Source: Alphaproteobacteria bacterium (GTDB taxonomy: Bacteria; Pseudomonadota; Alphaproteobacteria; UBA2966). From it: a DNA stretch of 64,000 nt. Under the pieces are notes generated by a model. It saw only the letters and a program-made list of their open reading frames with translations, did no database searches and was not told the DNA's origin. The translations under genes were made by a program, and so were the position numbers. Position 1 is the stretch's first letter. Each line of letters opens with the position of its first letter. The stretch lies in contig OZ219858.1 of NCBI GenBank assembly GCA_964291395.2, forward strand, positions 832,001-896,000. Direction: 5' to 3'. Positions 31,193-41,059 of the stretch are shown here, piece by piece.

Positions 31193-32902
31193 TCACGTCG
31201 CCGCGCCGGATCGCGCGGCTTCGCTGTCTTCCAGCATGGTCTCCAAGCCTTCCGATATCAGGTAGACGGCGATCGGCTCCGTGCGCCCGCGCACCTCGAT
31301 ATCCCGGCTGGGAAATCGGGAGAGATCGGCGCCGGCGTGCTCGGCGACGTCGTGACTCGTGAGGAGCTTGCATCGGAACTCCTTGGTCGCGGCTTCGAGG
31401 CGGCTCGCGGTGTTGACGGTATCTCCCATAGCCGTGAGCGACATGATCTCGCCGTATCCCATCTCGCCGACGATGGCCGTTCCGACGTGGATGCCGAGCC
31501 CCATGCGGAGCGGTTCCGTGATCTGATGCCGTAACGTTTCGTTGAGCGTGTTCAGGGCGCGTGCCATGGCCTGAGCCGCCGCCAACGCCTCCCTGCAGCC
31601 TTGTTGGGGTCCGCTCTCGATGCCGAACAAGGCCATGATTCCGTCGCCGATGTACTTGTCTACACGCCCCCCGGCTTCGTCGATCGCCTTGCCCATGACG
31701 TGGAAATACTGGTTGAGAATGAACACCACGTCATAGGGTAACCGCCCGTAGCTGAATTTGGTGAACGCGCGCAGATCGGCGAACAGCACGGCGATCTCGC
31801 GTTCGTCGCCGGCGAGGTACCTGGCGCGGCTGAGGGCGTCCTTGGTTGTTGCCGTTGGCGGCAGCAACGGTGTGACTTGGATATCGACCGCCGGCCGTAG
31901 CTGGCAGGCCAGACGCACCCCCTCCGGCGCCCCGACTCGATGCAAAACCCGGAGTTCGTCGCCGCCTGCGGGCGGCAACTCGCCATCGGTGACCTCGACG
32001 CTGATCCGGCAGGTGGAGCAGCGACCACGGCCGCCGCACACGGACGCGTGCGGGATTCCGGCTGACCGACTCGCCTCCAGGACCGATGTTCCCTGGGTGA
32101 TGGAAATCCGTCGACCTCCCGGATAGGAGACCGAGATCAGTCCCATGCGGCGGTGCCGGAAGGCGCGTCCGCCTCGGGCGGCCAGCACCAGTACCAGAAG
32201 CACGGCCATTCCCGTCAACGCGGCGTCCAGGGTGCTGAGATACCACTCTAGGGCGTCATCGCCGGGCCAGTTGATGGCCTCTCGCACGTCGGCGAACCAC
32301 ATTGGACTCTGCATGCGGAGAATGACCTCGCGGCCGCCCTGAGCGAATCCGAGCAGCGAGAGAATGGGTACGAGGATGGAGAGCGCGAACAGCGCCGACC
32401 GCCACGTCGCAAACCAGGGCTTGAGCATGAGGTAACGCCGAAGACCCAGGGTTCCGTGTGTCCAGGCGACGATCAACGCTAGGACCTGTTGGGCGCCGAG
32501 CTTGGGGTCGAAGACCCACAGATTGAGCAATACCCAGGTGTACGTGTCTTCCAGCCCGAATTTTTCGTGCAGCAGGCGGTTTCCGATCACGTGCCCCGCG
32601 AGGAGCGGCGGCAGAATCAGGCCGCTGACCACCTGTGCCGCTTCGTGGAACGGCATACGCAGCGTACGGCGGCGATAAAGGGAATAGAGAGACAGTCCGG
32701 CGTGGATAGCCACTGACCCGATCAGCAGCGCCGTGCCCGCGGGATTCCTCCAGACGGCCAGAAACGGTTCTCGGCCCCATTCCATGGCCTCCAGAGAGAT
32801 CAGACCGAGCGCGTGATTGAGCAGGTGCATCGCTGCGTAGATGTAAAGCACCACGCCCGAATAAAGGCGCAGGCGGCTGATCGGGTCGAACTTCGTGGTC
32901 AC
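31193..32902 (-). CDS. class III adenylate cyclase with His-bearing membrane domain and 2Fe-2S ferredoxin domain (CyaC-type)
   Basis: N-terminal TM helices with His residues; CGGRGRCSTC...RLAC; LFADLRAFT, DKYIGDGIMALFG, GDTVNTASRLE. Confidence 0.92.
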   Translation of the reverse strand: MTTKFDPISRLRLYSGVVLYIYAAMHLLNHALGLISLEAMEWGREPFLAVWRNPAGTALLIGSVAIHAGLSLYSLYRRRTLRMPFHEAAQVVSGLILPPLLAGHVIGNRLLHEKFGLEDTYTWVLLNLWVFDPKLGAQQVLALIVAWTHGTLGLRRYLMLKPWFATWRSALFALSILVPILSLLGFAQGGREVILRMQSPMWFADVREAINWPGDDALEWYLSTLDAALTGMAVLLVLVLAARGGRAFRHRRMGLISVSYPGGRRISITQGTSVLEASRSAGIPHASVCGGRGRCSTCRISVEVTDGELPPAGGDELRVLHRVGAPEGVRLACQLRPAVDIQVTPLLPPTATTKDALSRARYLAGDEREIAVLFADLRAFTKFSYGRLPYDVVFILNQYFHVMGKAIDEAGGRVDKYIGDGIMALFGIESGPQQGCREALAAAQAMARALNTLNETLRHQITEPLRMGLGIHVGTAIVGEMGYGEIMSLTAMGDTVNTASRLEAATKEFRCKLLTSHDVAEHAGADLSRFPSRDIEVRGRTEPIAVYLISEGLETMLEDSEAARSGAAT

Positions 32903-32933
32903 GGGGCCAGCTCGCGAGATGGCTAGCGACCGG

Positions 32934-33935
32934 TCACGCGATCACGCCCAACTTGCGCTTGGCCAACTCGGCAAGCGAGGTCTCGGGGCGCGCGCCCATG
33001 TGGCTGATCACTTCACTAGCGGCGATCGAACCGAGCCGACCGCAGGTGAACAGATCCAAACCCCGCGACAGCCCGAACAGGAAACCGGCCGCGTAGAGGT
33101 CTCCGGCCCCGGTCGTGTCGACGACGGACGCGACGGGCTCCGGGTCGATGACATGGATCTCATCGCCGGAGACGATGACCGATCCCTTTTCCGAGCGCGT
33201 CAGCGCCGCAATCTCGCAATGTCCCCGGACGTGCCGCAGGGCGTCGTCGAAGGAGTTCGCTTGGTAGAGGGACCTGATCTCATCCTCGTTGGCGAAGAGC
33301 ACGTCGATTTCGTGCTCCGCTAAGTGAACGAACTCCTCTCGCCAGCGACCCACGCAAAAAGAATCGGACAACGAAAACGCAATCTTCCGCCCGGACGCGT
33401 GCGCGACCGCCGACGCCTTTCGAAACGCTTCTTTCGCGGCAGGGGGGTCCCAGAGATACCCCTCCAAATACGTGATCTGCGCGCAGGCGACCTGGGCCTC
33501 GTCGACGTCGTCGGGACCGAGATCAGCGCCCGCGCCCAGGTACGTGTTCAGGGTTCTCTGGGCGTCGGGCGTGACCAGGATCAGGCAGCGTCCGGTAGGC
33601 GGTCCTTCCGTCGCGGGGGCAACATCGAACTCGACACCGAGCGCTCGCAAATCGTGGGTGAACACGGCGCCCAGCTGATCGTCACGGACTCTACCCACGA
33701 AGCCGGCTCGTCCTCCAAAGCCTGCCAGTCCGGCGACGGTGTTCGCGGCCGAGCCGCCCGATACTTCGATGGCCGGCCCCATGGAGTCATACAGGGCCTT
33801 TGCGCGGACAGTGTCGATCAAGGCCATGCTGCCCTTGACGAGGCCTTCGCGAACCAGGAATTCATCATCGGCGTGCGATAACACGTCGACAATCGCGTTT
33901 CCGATGCCTACGACATCAAGGGGACCACCGCTCAT
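32934..33935 (-). CDS. PfkB family sugar/adenosine kinase
   Basis: GNAIVD, SGGSAANT, DTTGAGDLYAAGF; likely ATG 33935. Confidence 0.92.
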   Translation of the reverse strand: MSGGPLDVVGIGNAIVDVLSHADDEFLVREGLVKGSMALIDTVRAKALYDSMGPAIEVSGGSAANTVAGLAGFGGRAGFVGRVRDDQLGAVFTHDLRALGVEFDVAPATEGPPTGRCLILVTPDAQRTLNTYLGAGADLGPDDVDEAQVACAQITYLEGYLWDPPAAKEAFRKASAVAHASGRKIAFSLSDSFCVGRWREEFVHLAEHEIDVLFANEDEIRSLYQANSFDDALRHVRGHCEIAALTRSEKGSVIVSGDEIHVIDPEPVASVVDTTGAGDLYAAGFLFGLSRGLDLFTCGRLGSIAASEVISHMGARPETSLAELAKRKLGVIA

Positions 33936-34143
33936 TACCCACCACGGTTGCCAGATCGCGCCGCAAACTACCACGGCACGATTTGCGGCGACAGAGTGCA
34001 CAACCATCCGCGCGGCGGGAGGGGCAGCATGATCGTGTGCGACAAAACCGCCGGTCTCGGTTTTCGAGGTGTGCTCACGCGTGCTCTTGTCGCTGATGGA
34101 GCGAGGCGGTACACGGGGTCATCCGATTGAATGATGGTGTCTC

Positions 34144-34824
34144 GTGATCAGGTCGTTCGCGCTCGCCATACGCCAGCTGTCCGATCCCGCTTTCCGTCGG
34201 GTTCTGCTGCGCTCGCTGTCGTTGGCGGTCGCAGTGTTCACCGGCCTCGCGGTCGTGGTCTGGTTTTTCCTCGCGGGAACGGACTTCTTCACGTTTTGGC
34301 TGATCGAATGGATTGTCGGCGTCCTGGGTGGCGTGGCCGTGGCCGTGGTGACGTGGCTGCTGTTTCCTGCCGTGGTCTCTTTCTTCGTCGGTCTGTTTCT
34401 CGAGGAGATCGCGGCGGCCGTGGAGGAGCGTCATTATCCGGATGATCCGCCGGCGCGATCAGTCCCCGTCTCGACTGCAATCGTGGTCTCGCTGCGCTTC
34501 GCCGGCGTGACCCTCGTGCTCAATTTGCTGGCGCTTCCCCTCTATCTGATTACGTTCTGGTTTCCGCCGCTCGCTCTGGCGATCTTCTATTGTCTCAATG
34601 GTTACTTGCTGAGCCGCGAGTACTACGAGCTCGTCTCGCTGAGGCGGTTGGACGCGGGCGCGGCGGAGATGCTTCGCAAGGCCAACAGGCAGCGCCTGTT
34701 CCTGTCGGGGGTCGTAGTCACCTTCTTGTTCACCATACCGATCGTGAATCTGTTTGTGCCCGTCATCGGCGTGGCGGCCATGGCGCATATCTTTCGGTCG
34801 CTGCACGCGCATGAGGCGGTGTGA
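34144..34824 (+). CDS. EI24/CysZ-like membrane protein
   Basis: IAAAVEERHYP, NGYLLSREYYE, TIPIVNLFVP; multiple TM segments. Confidence 0.85.
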   Translation: MIRSFALAIRQLSDPAFRRVLLRSLSLAVAVFTGLAVVVWFFLAGTDFFTFWLIEWIVGVLGGVAVAVVTWLLFPAVVSFFVGLFLEEIAAAVEERHYPDDPPARSVPVSTAIVVSLRFAGVTLVLNLLALPLYLITFWFPPLALAIFYCLNGYLLSREYYELVSLRRLDAGAAEMLRKANRQRLFLSGVVVTFLFTIPIVNLFVPVIGVAAMAHIFRSLHAHEAV

Positions 34825-35555
34825 GCGTCGGGTTGAAGAAAATCCGCCCCGTACGGACAGCGGCGCCGCGGCTCGCCCCGTGCCATGGGTGGATCCTGGC
34901 TGGCCTCGTGGCTTTGAGTACCGCGGGGTGCCTCCACACGGGAGAGGCTCCGCCGGCCGCCTCTTACGCGCCGATGCCGCGACCGGCTGTCGTGGCCGTA
35001 GGGCCGCCCCTGCCCGCGGGCCCGGCGGCACCCTCCGAACCGGAAGTAGCTGCGCTCGCGCCCGAAAAGGTGGTCGAACGGGATGAGGCCGGAACGGTCG
35101 AGAGTTCGACGGCGAGCGACATGCCGGCCGAAGCCGAAACCCGAAACGCCGCAACGGTAACGGTTGTCGCGGAGACGCCGGAACTTGACAGGCGCCCAGA
35201 GGAGAGCTCGGCTGATCAAGTGCCTCGAAGCGTCGAGACGGTATCGGTCGGGCCCAAGGAAGTGGTGTCAAAGGAACCCGACCCGGAGGTACCGCCGACT
35301 TCGCTCATCGGCGTCGGGCGCGGCGACCTCCTGGGCCGGCTCGGGACACCCGCATTGTTGCGGCGTGAACCGCCGGCGGAGTTCTGGCAGTTCTCCGGGG
35401 ACGGCTGCGTCCTGCATGTTTATCTGTATGAAAGCGCTGCGGGCGCGGACTACCAAGTGACCCATGTCGAGTTGCTGCCTCGCGGCGGGATCGATGCGGT
35501 GCCGCCCGGATGCTTTGAACGCCTGTTCCTCGATCACCGTCGCCAAGGGGGATGA
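34821..35555 (+). CDS. hypothetical lipoprotein (Pro/Glu-rich linker plus small C-terminal domain)
   Basis: Hydrophobic stretch followed by TAGC lipobox; C-terminal LG.P...RRE.PAE.WQF...C.L..YLY. Confidence 0.7.
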   Translation: MSVGLKKIRPVRTAAPRLAPCHGWILAGLVALSTAGCLHTGEAPPAASYAPMPRPAVVAVGPPLPAGPAAPSEPEVAALAPEKVVERDEAGTVESSTASDMPAEAETRNAATVTVVAETPELDRRPEESSADQVPRSVETVSVGPKEVVSKEPDPEVPPTSLIGVGRGDLLGRLGTPALLRREPPAEFWQFSGDGCVLHVYLYESAAGADYQVTHVELLPRGGIDAVPPGCFERLFLDHRRQGG

Positions 35556-35566
35556 ACCCGAATGCT

Positions 35567-36202
35567 TCAGGCCATGGTTTTGGCCTTGTAGGCACACAGG
35601 TCGGCAACGGTACAGGTCGGACAATCGGGCTTTCGCGCCTTGCAGACGTAACGCCCATGCAAGATGAGCCAATGATGCGCGTGCAGCTTCCAGGTCTCGG
35701 GGACGACCTTCTCCAGCTTCTGCTCGACGGCGAGCGGTGTCTCCCCCGGCGCGAGACCGGTCCGGTTCGAAACCCGGAACACGTGGGTGTCCACCGCGAT
35801 GGTCGGCCGGTTGTAGACATTGTTGAGGATCACGTTTGCCGTCTTGCGCCCGACGCCGGGAAGCCTTTCCAGAGCCTCCCGGTCGTCCGGAACTTCGCCG
35901 CCATGCTCCTCGATCAGCATTTTGCTTAGATCGATGATGTTCCTGGCCTTCGCCTGGTACAGGCCGATGGAACGGATGTAGTTCCTGACCTCGGCCTCCC
36001 CTAGTCTGACCATCTTCTCCGGCGTGTCGGCCGCGGCGAACAGCGCCGGAGTCGCCTTGTTGACGCCGACGTCCGTGGCCTGGGCCGAGAGCACGACGGC
36101 GACCAGCATCGTGTAGGGAGAGGTGGAGACGAGTTCGGTCCTGGGTGCCGGGTTCTCGGCGGACAGCCGTTTGAACATCTCGTCGACGTTGGCGCGCCTC
36201 AT
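35567..36202 (-). CDS. nth: endonuclease III
   Basis: LSAQATD, HhH LPGVGRKTA, VDTH, C-x6-C-x2-C-x5-C; ATG 36202. Confidence 0.97.
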   Translation of the reverse strand: MRRANVDEMFKRLSAENPAPRTELVSTSPYTMLVAVVLSAQATDVGVNKATPALFAAADTPEKMVRLGEAEVRNYIRSIGLYQAKARNIIDLSKMLIEEHGGEVPDDREALERLPGVGRKTANVILNNVYNRPTIAVDTHVFRVSNRTGLAPGETPLAVEQKLEKVVPETWKLHAHHWLILHGRYVCKARKPDCPTCTVADLCAYKAKTMA

Positions 36203-36310
36203 GGCGTCATCGTATATCGAGTCCCGTCGGCACCGGTAAAGGGCTGCACCTGTTCGACGGGGTATCGGTGTGGTTTGCCGACCGTACCCCGCCCAATCTA
36301 ACATCCGGAC

Positions 36311-36829
36311 ATGCATCTACCCCCGCACGTGACTCGGAACCCGAATCGTCAAAGACCGCTGTTCGACGCCGAACTGCGGCCACATCGGTCTCTGAGTCCC
36401 TTGGGGTTTTGGCTGCTGATGGCCGCGGTCTCCGCGCTCTGCTTTACGGCTGGACTGGCTTTTCTGTCAGTCGGAGCGTGGCCCGTGTTCGGGTTCTTCG
36501 GGCTCGACGTCGCGCTTCTCTACTTGGCGTTCCGCCTCAACTACCGTTCGGGACGCCTCGTGGAGACCGTGTCCCTGAGTGGCGATGAACTGATCGTGAC
36601 CCGGCGGTTTCCGAACGGGCGGCTTCGCGAGTGGCGTTTTGCGCCCTATTGGGTACGGGTGACCCTCGAATCGCCCCTTCGCCACGACAGCCGGCTCGTT
36701 CTCTCGAGCCATGGACGGCAAGTCAGTCTGGGAGGGTTCCTCACGGCCGAGGAGCGTCTGGAGTTCGCGGACGCCCTTCGGGATGCCCTGGCACGCTGGC
36801 GGGAGCTGCCGCAAGTGCGGTCACCGTGA
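36311..36829 (+). CDS. DUF2244 membrane protein
   Basis: LRPHRSLS, GAWPVFGFFGLDV, GGFLTAEER; divergent from nth as commonly seen. Confidence 0.88.
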   Translation: MHLPPHVTRNPNRQRPLFDAELRPHRSLSPLGFWLLMAAVSALCFTAGLAFLSVGAWPVFGFFGLDVALLYLAFRLNYRSGRLVETVSLSGDELIVTRRFPNGRLREWRFAPYWVRVTLESPLRHDSRLVLSSHGRQVSLGGFLTAEERLEFADALRDALARWRELPQVRSP

Positions 36830-36976
36830 CGAGACATGGCTGACGGATCAGCAAGAATCGGGTGGTCGTGAGCACCGCGAACTGCCACGTTTTCCCGCAT
36901 GAGCCACGGCGACGGCACGAACGAGTCCTTGTGACCGAAGCTCGTCTCGGACGCAGGCAACGTCGCGGAATACGGG

Positions 36977-37858
36977 ATGACTGAAGTGAAACGGCAAACC
37001 TCCACGCAGAAGGCGCGGGACTATGAGCGGGTCGGCGCGGCTATCCGATACCTCGAGGACCATGTTCGCGATCAACCGGAACTGTCCGACGTCGCCGCCG
37101 CCGTGAACATGAGCGAGTTTCACTTCCAGCGGCTGTTCCGCCGTTGGGCGGGGATCACGCCCAAGCGGTTTCTGCAATACCTCACCGTCGGTTATGCGAA
37201 GGAAGCCCTGCGTGAGTCGCGCAGCGTCCTGGATGCCGCCTTCGAGGTCGGTCTGTCAGGTCCGGGGCGCTTGCACGATCTTTTCGTGTCTTGCGAGGCC
37301 ATGACGCCGGGTGAGTACAAGGAGCTCGGATCCGGCTTGATTGTCCGTTACGGGTTCCATCCGTCGCCCTTCGGCGAGTGTCTGATCTTTCTCACCGAAA
37401 AGGGGGTCTGCGGCCTCGCCTTCGTCGAGAGCGACCGCGAGGCTGCGCTCCGGGATCTCGGCGCCCAATGGTCCTTGGCCACGCTTCGACATGAGCCCCG
37501 AGCGACCTCTCCGGTGGCGGCGCGGATCTTCGGCGACGACATCGGTCGGGGACAACCGCTCCGTCTCGTCCTCAAGGGCACGAATTTCCAGATTCGGGTC
37601 TGGGAGGCATTGATGCGGATACCGCCGGGCCGCGTGACCACCTATGAAGCCTTGGGAGCCTATCTCGGGAAGCCGAACGCTTCGCGCGCGGTGGGATCGG
37701 CCGTCGGTCGCAATTCGGTTTCCTATCTCGTGCCTTGCCACCGGGTGATTCATAAATCGGGCCTGATCACCGGCTACCGCTGGGGTCATGTCCGCAAGCG
37801 CGCCCTCCTGGGGTGGGAGGCCGCCCGGCACGAGGAACGGGAGCAGACAACGGCTTGA
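36977..37858 (+). CDS. AraC-HTH / methylated-DNA-protein-cysteine methyltransferase (Ada-like)
   Basis: SEFHFQRLFRRWAG, GTNFQIRVW, ASRAVG, active site PCHRV. Confidence 0.93.
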   Translation: MTEVKRQTSTQKARDYERVGAAIRYLEDHVRDQPELSDVAAAVNMSEFHFQRLFRRWAGITPKRFLQYLTVGYAKEALRESRSVLDAAFEVGLSGPGRLHDLFVSCEAMTPGEYKELGSGLIVRYGFHPSPFGECLIFLTEKGVCGLAFVESDREAALRDLGAQWSLATLRHEPRATSPVAARIFGDDIGRGQPLRLVLKGTNFQIRVWEALMRIPPGRVTTYEALGAYLGKPNASRAVGSAVGRNSVSYLVPCHRVIHKSGLITGYRWGHVRKRALLGWEAARHEEREQTTA

Positions 37859-37987
37859 TCCGGTGTCCGCCTGGCATCGATGTCCTACCCTGCGCGCCAT
37901 GGAGTGATGTGGAGCGGCACGCTTGCCGCCCGGCTAGGCACCTGATACACACGCGCGGCCCGAGTCATCGCACCACCGTCCGCGGGG

Positions 37988-38878
37988 GTGTCGCCCATGT
38001 CCCTTCGACCGGCCCCCACCGTCAGCGACTATCTCTTGCTCGCGGCGCTCGCGCTGATGTGGGGAGCCGCTTTTCTCCTGATCAAGATCGCCGTCGCAAC
38101 CGTACCCCCATTCACGATCGTGGCAGGGCGCCTGGTGATCGCCACGGTATTCATGCTGTCCTACGTCGTGCTGCTGGGTCACCGGTTGCCGGCTACGTCG
38201 TACGATTGGACGTTGTTCGCCCTGATGGGGTTGTTCGGTAACGTCGTCCCCTTCGCTCTGATCGGGTGGGGCGAGATTCGGATCGACAGCGGGCTCGCGG
38301 CAATTCTCATCGCCACGGTACCGCTGTTCACGGCGATGTTGGCTCACGTTTTCACGGAAGACGAGCGCCTGAGCGTCCGGCGGTTTGTCGGGACTTGTCT
38401 TGGCTTGGTGGGCGTTGTCGTCCTGGTCGGCTGGGACGCCTTGGCCGGTTTGGGGATCACGGCGCTCTCCCAACTGGCCGTCGTGGGCGCGGCGCTCTCC
38501 TACGCCTGTACGAATATCCTGGCCCGCCGCGTGACCACCGGGTCATCGGTGACTGCGGCAGCCGCGGCCCTCGTCTGCGCAACCGCCTGGGCGGTGCCGG
38601 TGAGCACCGTCGTGGATCATCCGTGGGAGCTCGCGCCGTCGCAGGAGTCCGTGATCGCGATCGCGGCGCTCGGTGTGCTGAGCACGACGCTTGCCTATAT
38701 CGTCTATTTCCGGCTCGTCCGCGCGGTCGGCGCGACGTTCGTGTCGTTCGTGAACTACCTGATCCCGCCTGTCGGCGTCGGTCTCGGCGTCATGCTGGCG
38801 GGCGAGACCCCGACCCTTCGGTCCTTGTTCGCCCTGCTGATCATCCTTGCCGGAATCGTGGTAACGCGGCGACCCTGA
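37988..38878 (+). CDS. DMT/EamA family transporter
   Basis: About 10 TM segments, MWG..F, SGLAAIL.ATVP, NYLIP. Confidence 0.9.
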   Translation: MSPMSLRPAPTVSDYLLLAALALMWGAAFLLIKIAVATVPPFTIVAGRLVIATVFMLSYVVLLGHRLPATSYDWTLFALMGLFGNVVPFALIGWGEIRIDSGLAAILIATVPLFTAMLAHVFTEDERLSVRRFVGTCLGLVGVVVLVGWDALAGLGITALSQLAVVGAALSYACTNILARRVTTGSSVTAAAAALVCATAWAVPVSTVVDHPWELAPSQESVIAIAALGVLSTTLAYIVYFRLVRAVGATFVSFVNYLIPPVGVGLGVMLAGETPTLRSLFALLIILAGIVVTRRP

Positions 38879-38887
38879 TCATCGTTC

Positions 38888-39715
38888 TCAGGCCTCTACG
38901 CCCAAGACATCGGCCATCGAATACAGCCCCGGGGACTTGCCCTTGAGCCAGATCGCGGCAGCGAGGGCGCCGCGCGCGAATATCGCCCGGTCGGTCGCCT
39001 TATGGACGAGTTCGACGCGTTCGTTATCCGCAGCGAAGATTACAGCGTGCTCGCCCGCGACGTTTCCTCCGCGCAGTGCGGCGTACCCGATATCGCCGCG
39101 CCGGCGCTCGCCGGTGATGCCGTCGCGTCCACGATCGGCAACGTCGTCGTGGTTGACGCCGCGACCCGATGCCGCCGCGCGGCCGAGCGCCAACGCCGTG
39201 CCCGACGGTGCATCCACCTTGTGCCGGTGGTGCATCTCGAGGATTTCGATGTCGAAGTCGGATCCAAGCGTGGCGGCGACGCGCCGGGTCAGGGAGAGCA
39301 GGAGATTGACACCGACGCTCATGTTCGCGGCACGCACGATGGCCGTCTTGATGGACGCTTCCGTGACGGCCTTCTCCTGGTCGGGGTCCAGTCCCGTGGT
39401 TCCGGCCACCAAGGCGGCGCCGGTTTCCGCTGCGAGCTTCGCATGGCGAGCCGTCGCGGCCGGTGCCGTGAAATCGAGGATCACGTCCGCTGCCTCGAAC
39501 ACGGGTTTGGCACTCCGCTCCACGGTAAGTCCCAGGGTTCCGATGCCGGCAAGCTCACCGATGTCGAGGCCGATGGCCTCGTTGTCCCCGCGCTCGCTGC
39601 CGCCGACGATGGCACATCGCTCGTGTCCGGCGACCTGCCGCAGCAGCACCCGCCCCATGCGTCCCGCACAGCCGGTAATTCCGACCTTGATCTCGTTCGT
39701 CGCTTCGGTGGTCAT
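38888..39715 (-). CDS. dapB: 4-hydroxy-tetrahydrodipicolinate reductase
   Basis: GCAGRMG, DFT, GTTG, EMHHRHKVDAPSGTA. Confidence 0.97.
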   Translation of the reverse strand: MTTEATNEIKVGITGCAGRMGRVLLRQVAGHERCAIVGGSERGDNEAIGLDIGELAGIGTLGLTVERSAKPVFEAADVILDFTAPAATARHAKLAAETGAALVAGTTGLDPDQEKAVTEASIKTAIVRAANMSVGVNLLLSLTRRVAATLGSDFDIEILEMHHRHKVDAPSGTALALGRAAASGRGVNHDDVADRGRDGITGERRRGDIGYAALRGGNVAGEHAVIFAADNERVELVHKATDRAIFARGALAAAIWLKGKSPGLYSMADVLGVEA

Positions 39716-39835
39716 TGTCCCCACTCCCCACGTCGCGTTGGTGCGGACACCTTACCGGCTCGCCAGCGCCGAGCAAACGAAGGGAAATCGAGGGGAAATC
39801 GTGGTGCTTCGAGATCGTCGCCGCGGAGTACCCAT

Positions 39836-40972
39836 TTATTCGGTGAGGTCCTCCCACATGTCCTTGACTTTGGACAGGAAGCTCTCGGATTCGGGATTGG
39901 TCTTCTCGCTGCCGCCTCTTTCGAACTCGCGCAGCAGGTCCTTCTGGCGCGAGGTCAGGTTGCGGGGTGTCTCGACGGTGGACTGGATATAAAGGTCGCC
40001 CACGCCACGGCCGCGCAAGGCTGGCATGCCCTTGCCCTTCAGGCGGTATTGCGTGCCCGTCTGCGTGCCGGCCGGGATGGACACCCGAGAGCGTCTGCCG
40101 TCGAGGGTTGGCACCTCGACTTCGCCGCCAAGTGCGGCGGTAGTCATCGGGATCGGCACCCGGCAGTGAAGATTCAAGCCATCGCGCTGGAACAGGTTGT
40201 GCGGCTGGATGGAGACAAAAATGTAGAGATCGCCCGGCGGCGCGCCCCGCGCGCCAGATTCACCCTCACCCGAGAGGCGGATTCGCGTCCCATCCTCGAC
40301 GCCTCGAGGGATGTCGACATTGAGGGTCCTCGCCTTGGCCGTCCGGCCGCTGCCGCGGCAGGTTGGGCAGGGATCCTCGATGACGTAGCCTGCGCCCTGA
40401 CAGGCCGGACAGGTGCGTTCGATCGTGAAGAAACCCTGCTGGGCACGAACCTTGCCCGTGCCCTGGCACGTGCTACAGGCTTTCGGTTCCGCAGCGTCGC
40501 GTGCTCCGGTGCCGCGGCAGCCCTCGCAGGACACGGTCGAGGGCACGTTGATCTCGGCTTTGCGGCCTTTGAAGGCGTCCTCGAGAGAAATCTCCAGGTT
40601 GTAACGGAGGTCGGTCCCTCGAGCGCCGGCGCCCCGGGGTCGCCGCTGGCCGCCCATGAACTCACCAAACAGGTCGTCGAAGACGTCGGCGAAGGATCCG
40701 CCGCCGAAGGAAAATTCGAAACCGCCCGGCCCCGGTCCCCCGGTCTGATCGAAGGCGGCATGGCCGAACTGATCGTAGGCGGCACGCTTTTGCCCGTCGG
40801 ACAGAACGTCGTAGGCTTCGCTGACTTCCTTGAATTTTTGTTCGGCGGCAGCGTCATCCGGATTCTGGTCCGGATGGTATTTCATGGCCAGCTTTCGGTA
40901 GGCCTTCTTGATGTCGTCCGGTGAGGCGCTGCGTTGGACGCCGAGCAGATCGTAGTAATCCGACTTGGCCAT
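39836..40972 (-). CDS. dnaJ: chaperone DnaJ
   Basis: HPD J-domain, four CxxCxGxG repeats. Confidence 0.99.
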   Translation of the reverse strand: MAKSDYYDLLGVQRSASPDDIKKAYRKLAMKYHPDQNPDDAAAEQKFKEVSEAYDVLSDGQKRAAYDQFGHAAFDQTGGPGPGGFEFSFGGGSFADVFDDLFGEFMGGQRRPRGAGARGTDLRYNLEISLEDAFKGRKAEINVPSTVSCEGCRGTGARDAAEPKACSTCQGTGKVRAQQGFFTIERTCPACQGAGYVIEDPCPTCRGSGRTAKARTLNVDIPRGVEDGTRIRLSGEGESGARGAPPGDLYIFVSIQPHNLFQRDGLNLHCRVPIPMTTAALGGEVEVPTLDGRRSRVSIPAGTQTGTQYRLKGKGMPALRGRGVGDLYIQSTVETPRNLTSRQKDLLREFERGGSEKTNPESESFLSKVKDMWEDLTE

Positions 40973-41059
40973 GCGCTAGGTTCCGGCGGGCAGCGGTTCG
41001 CGGTTCGAATACGGTCGGGGCGGGCTCGTTCCCGTCTCGGTCCGTGACACGGGTCCGGC

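Noticed and set aside
39002-40924. 640-aa ORF antisense to dapB/dnaJ, and similar shadow ORFs (2354-3646, 18080-19531, 56663-58135)
   Set aside because: They overlap well-supported genes on the opposite strand and carry no recognisable motifs; expected at this GC content.
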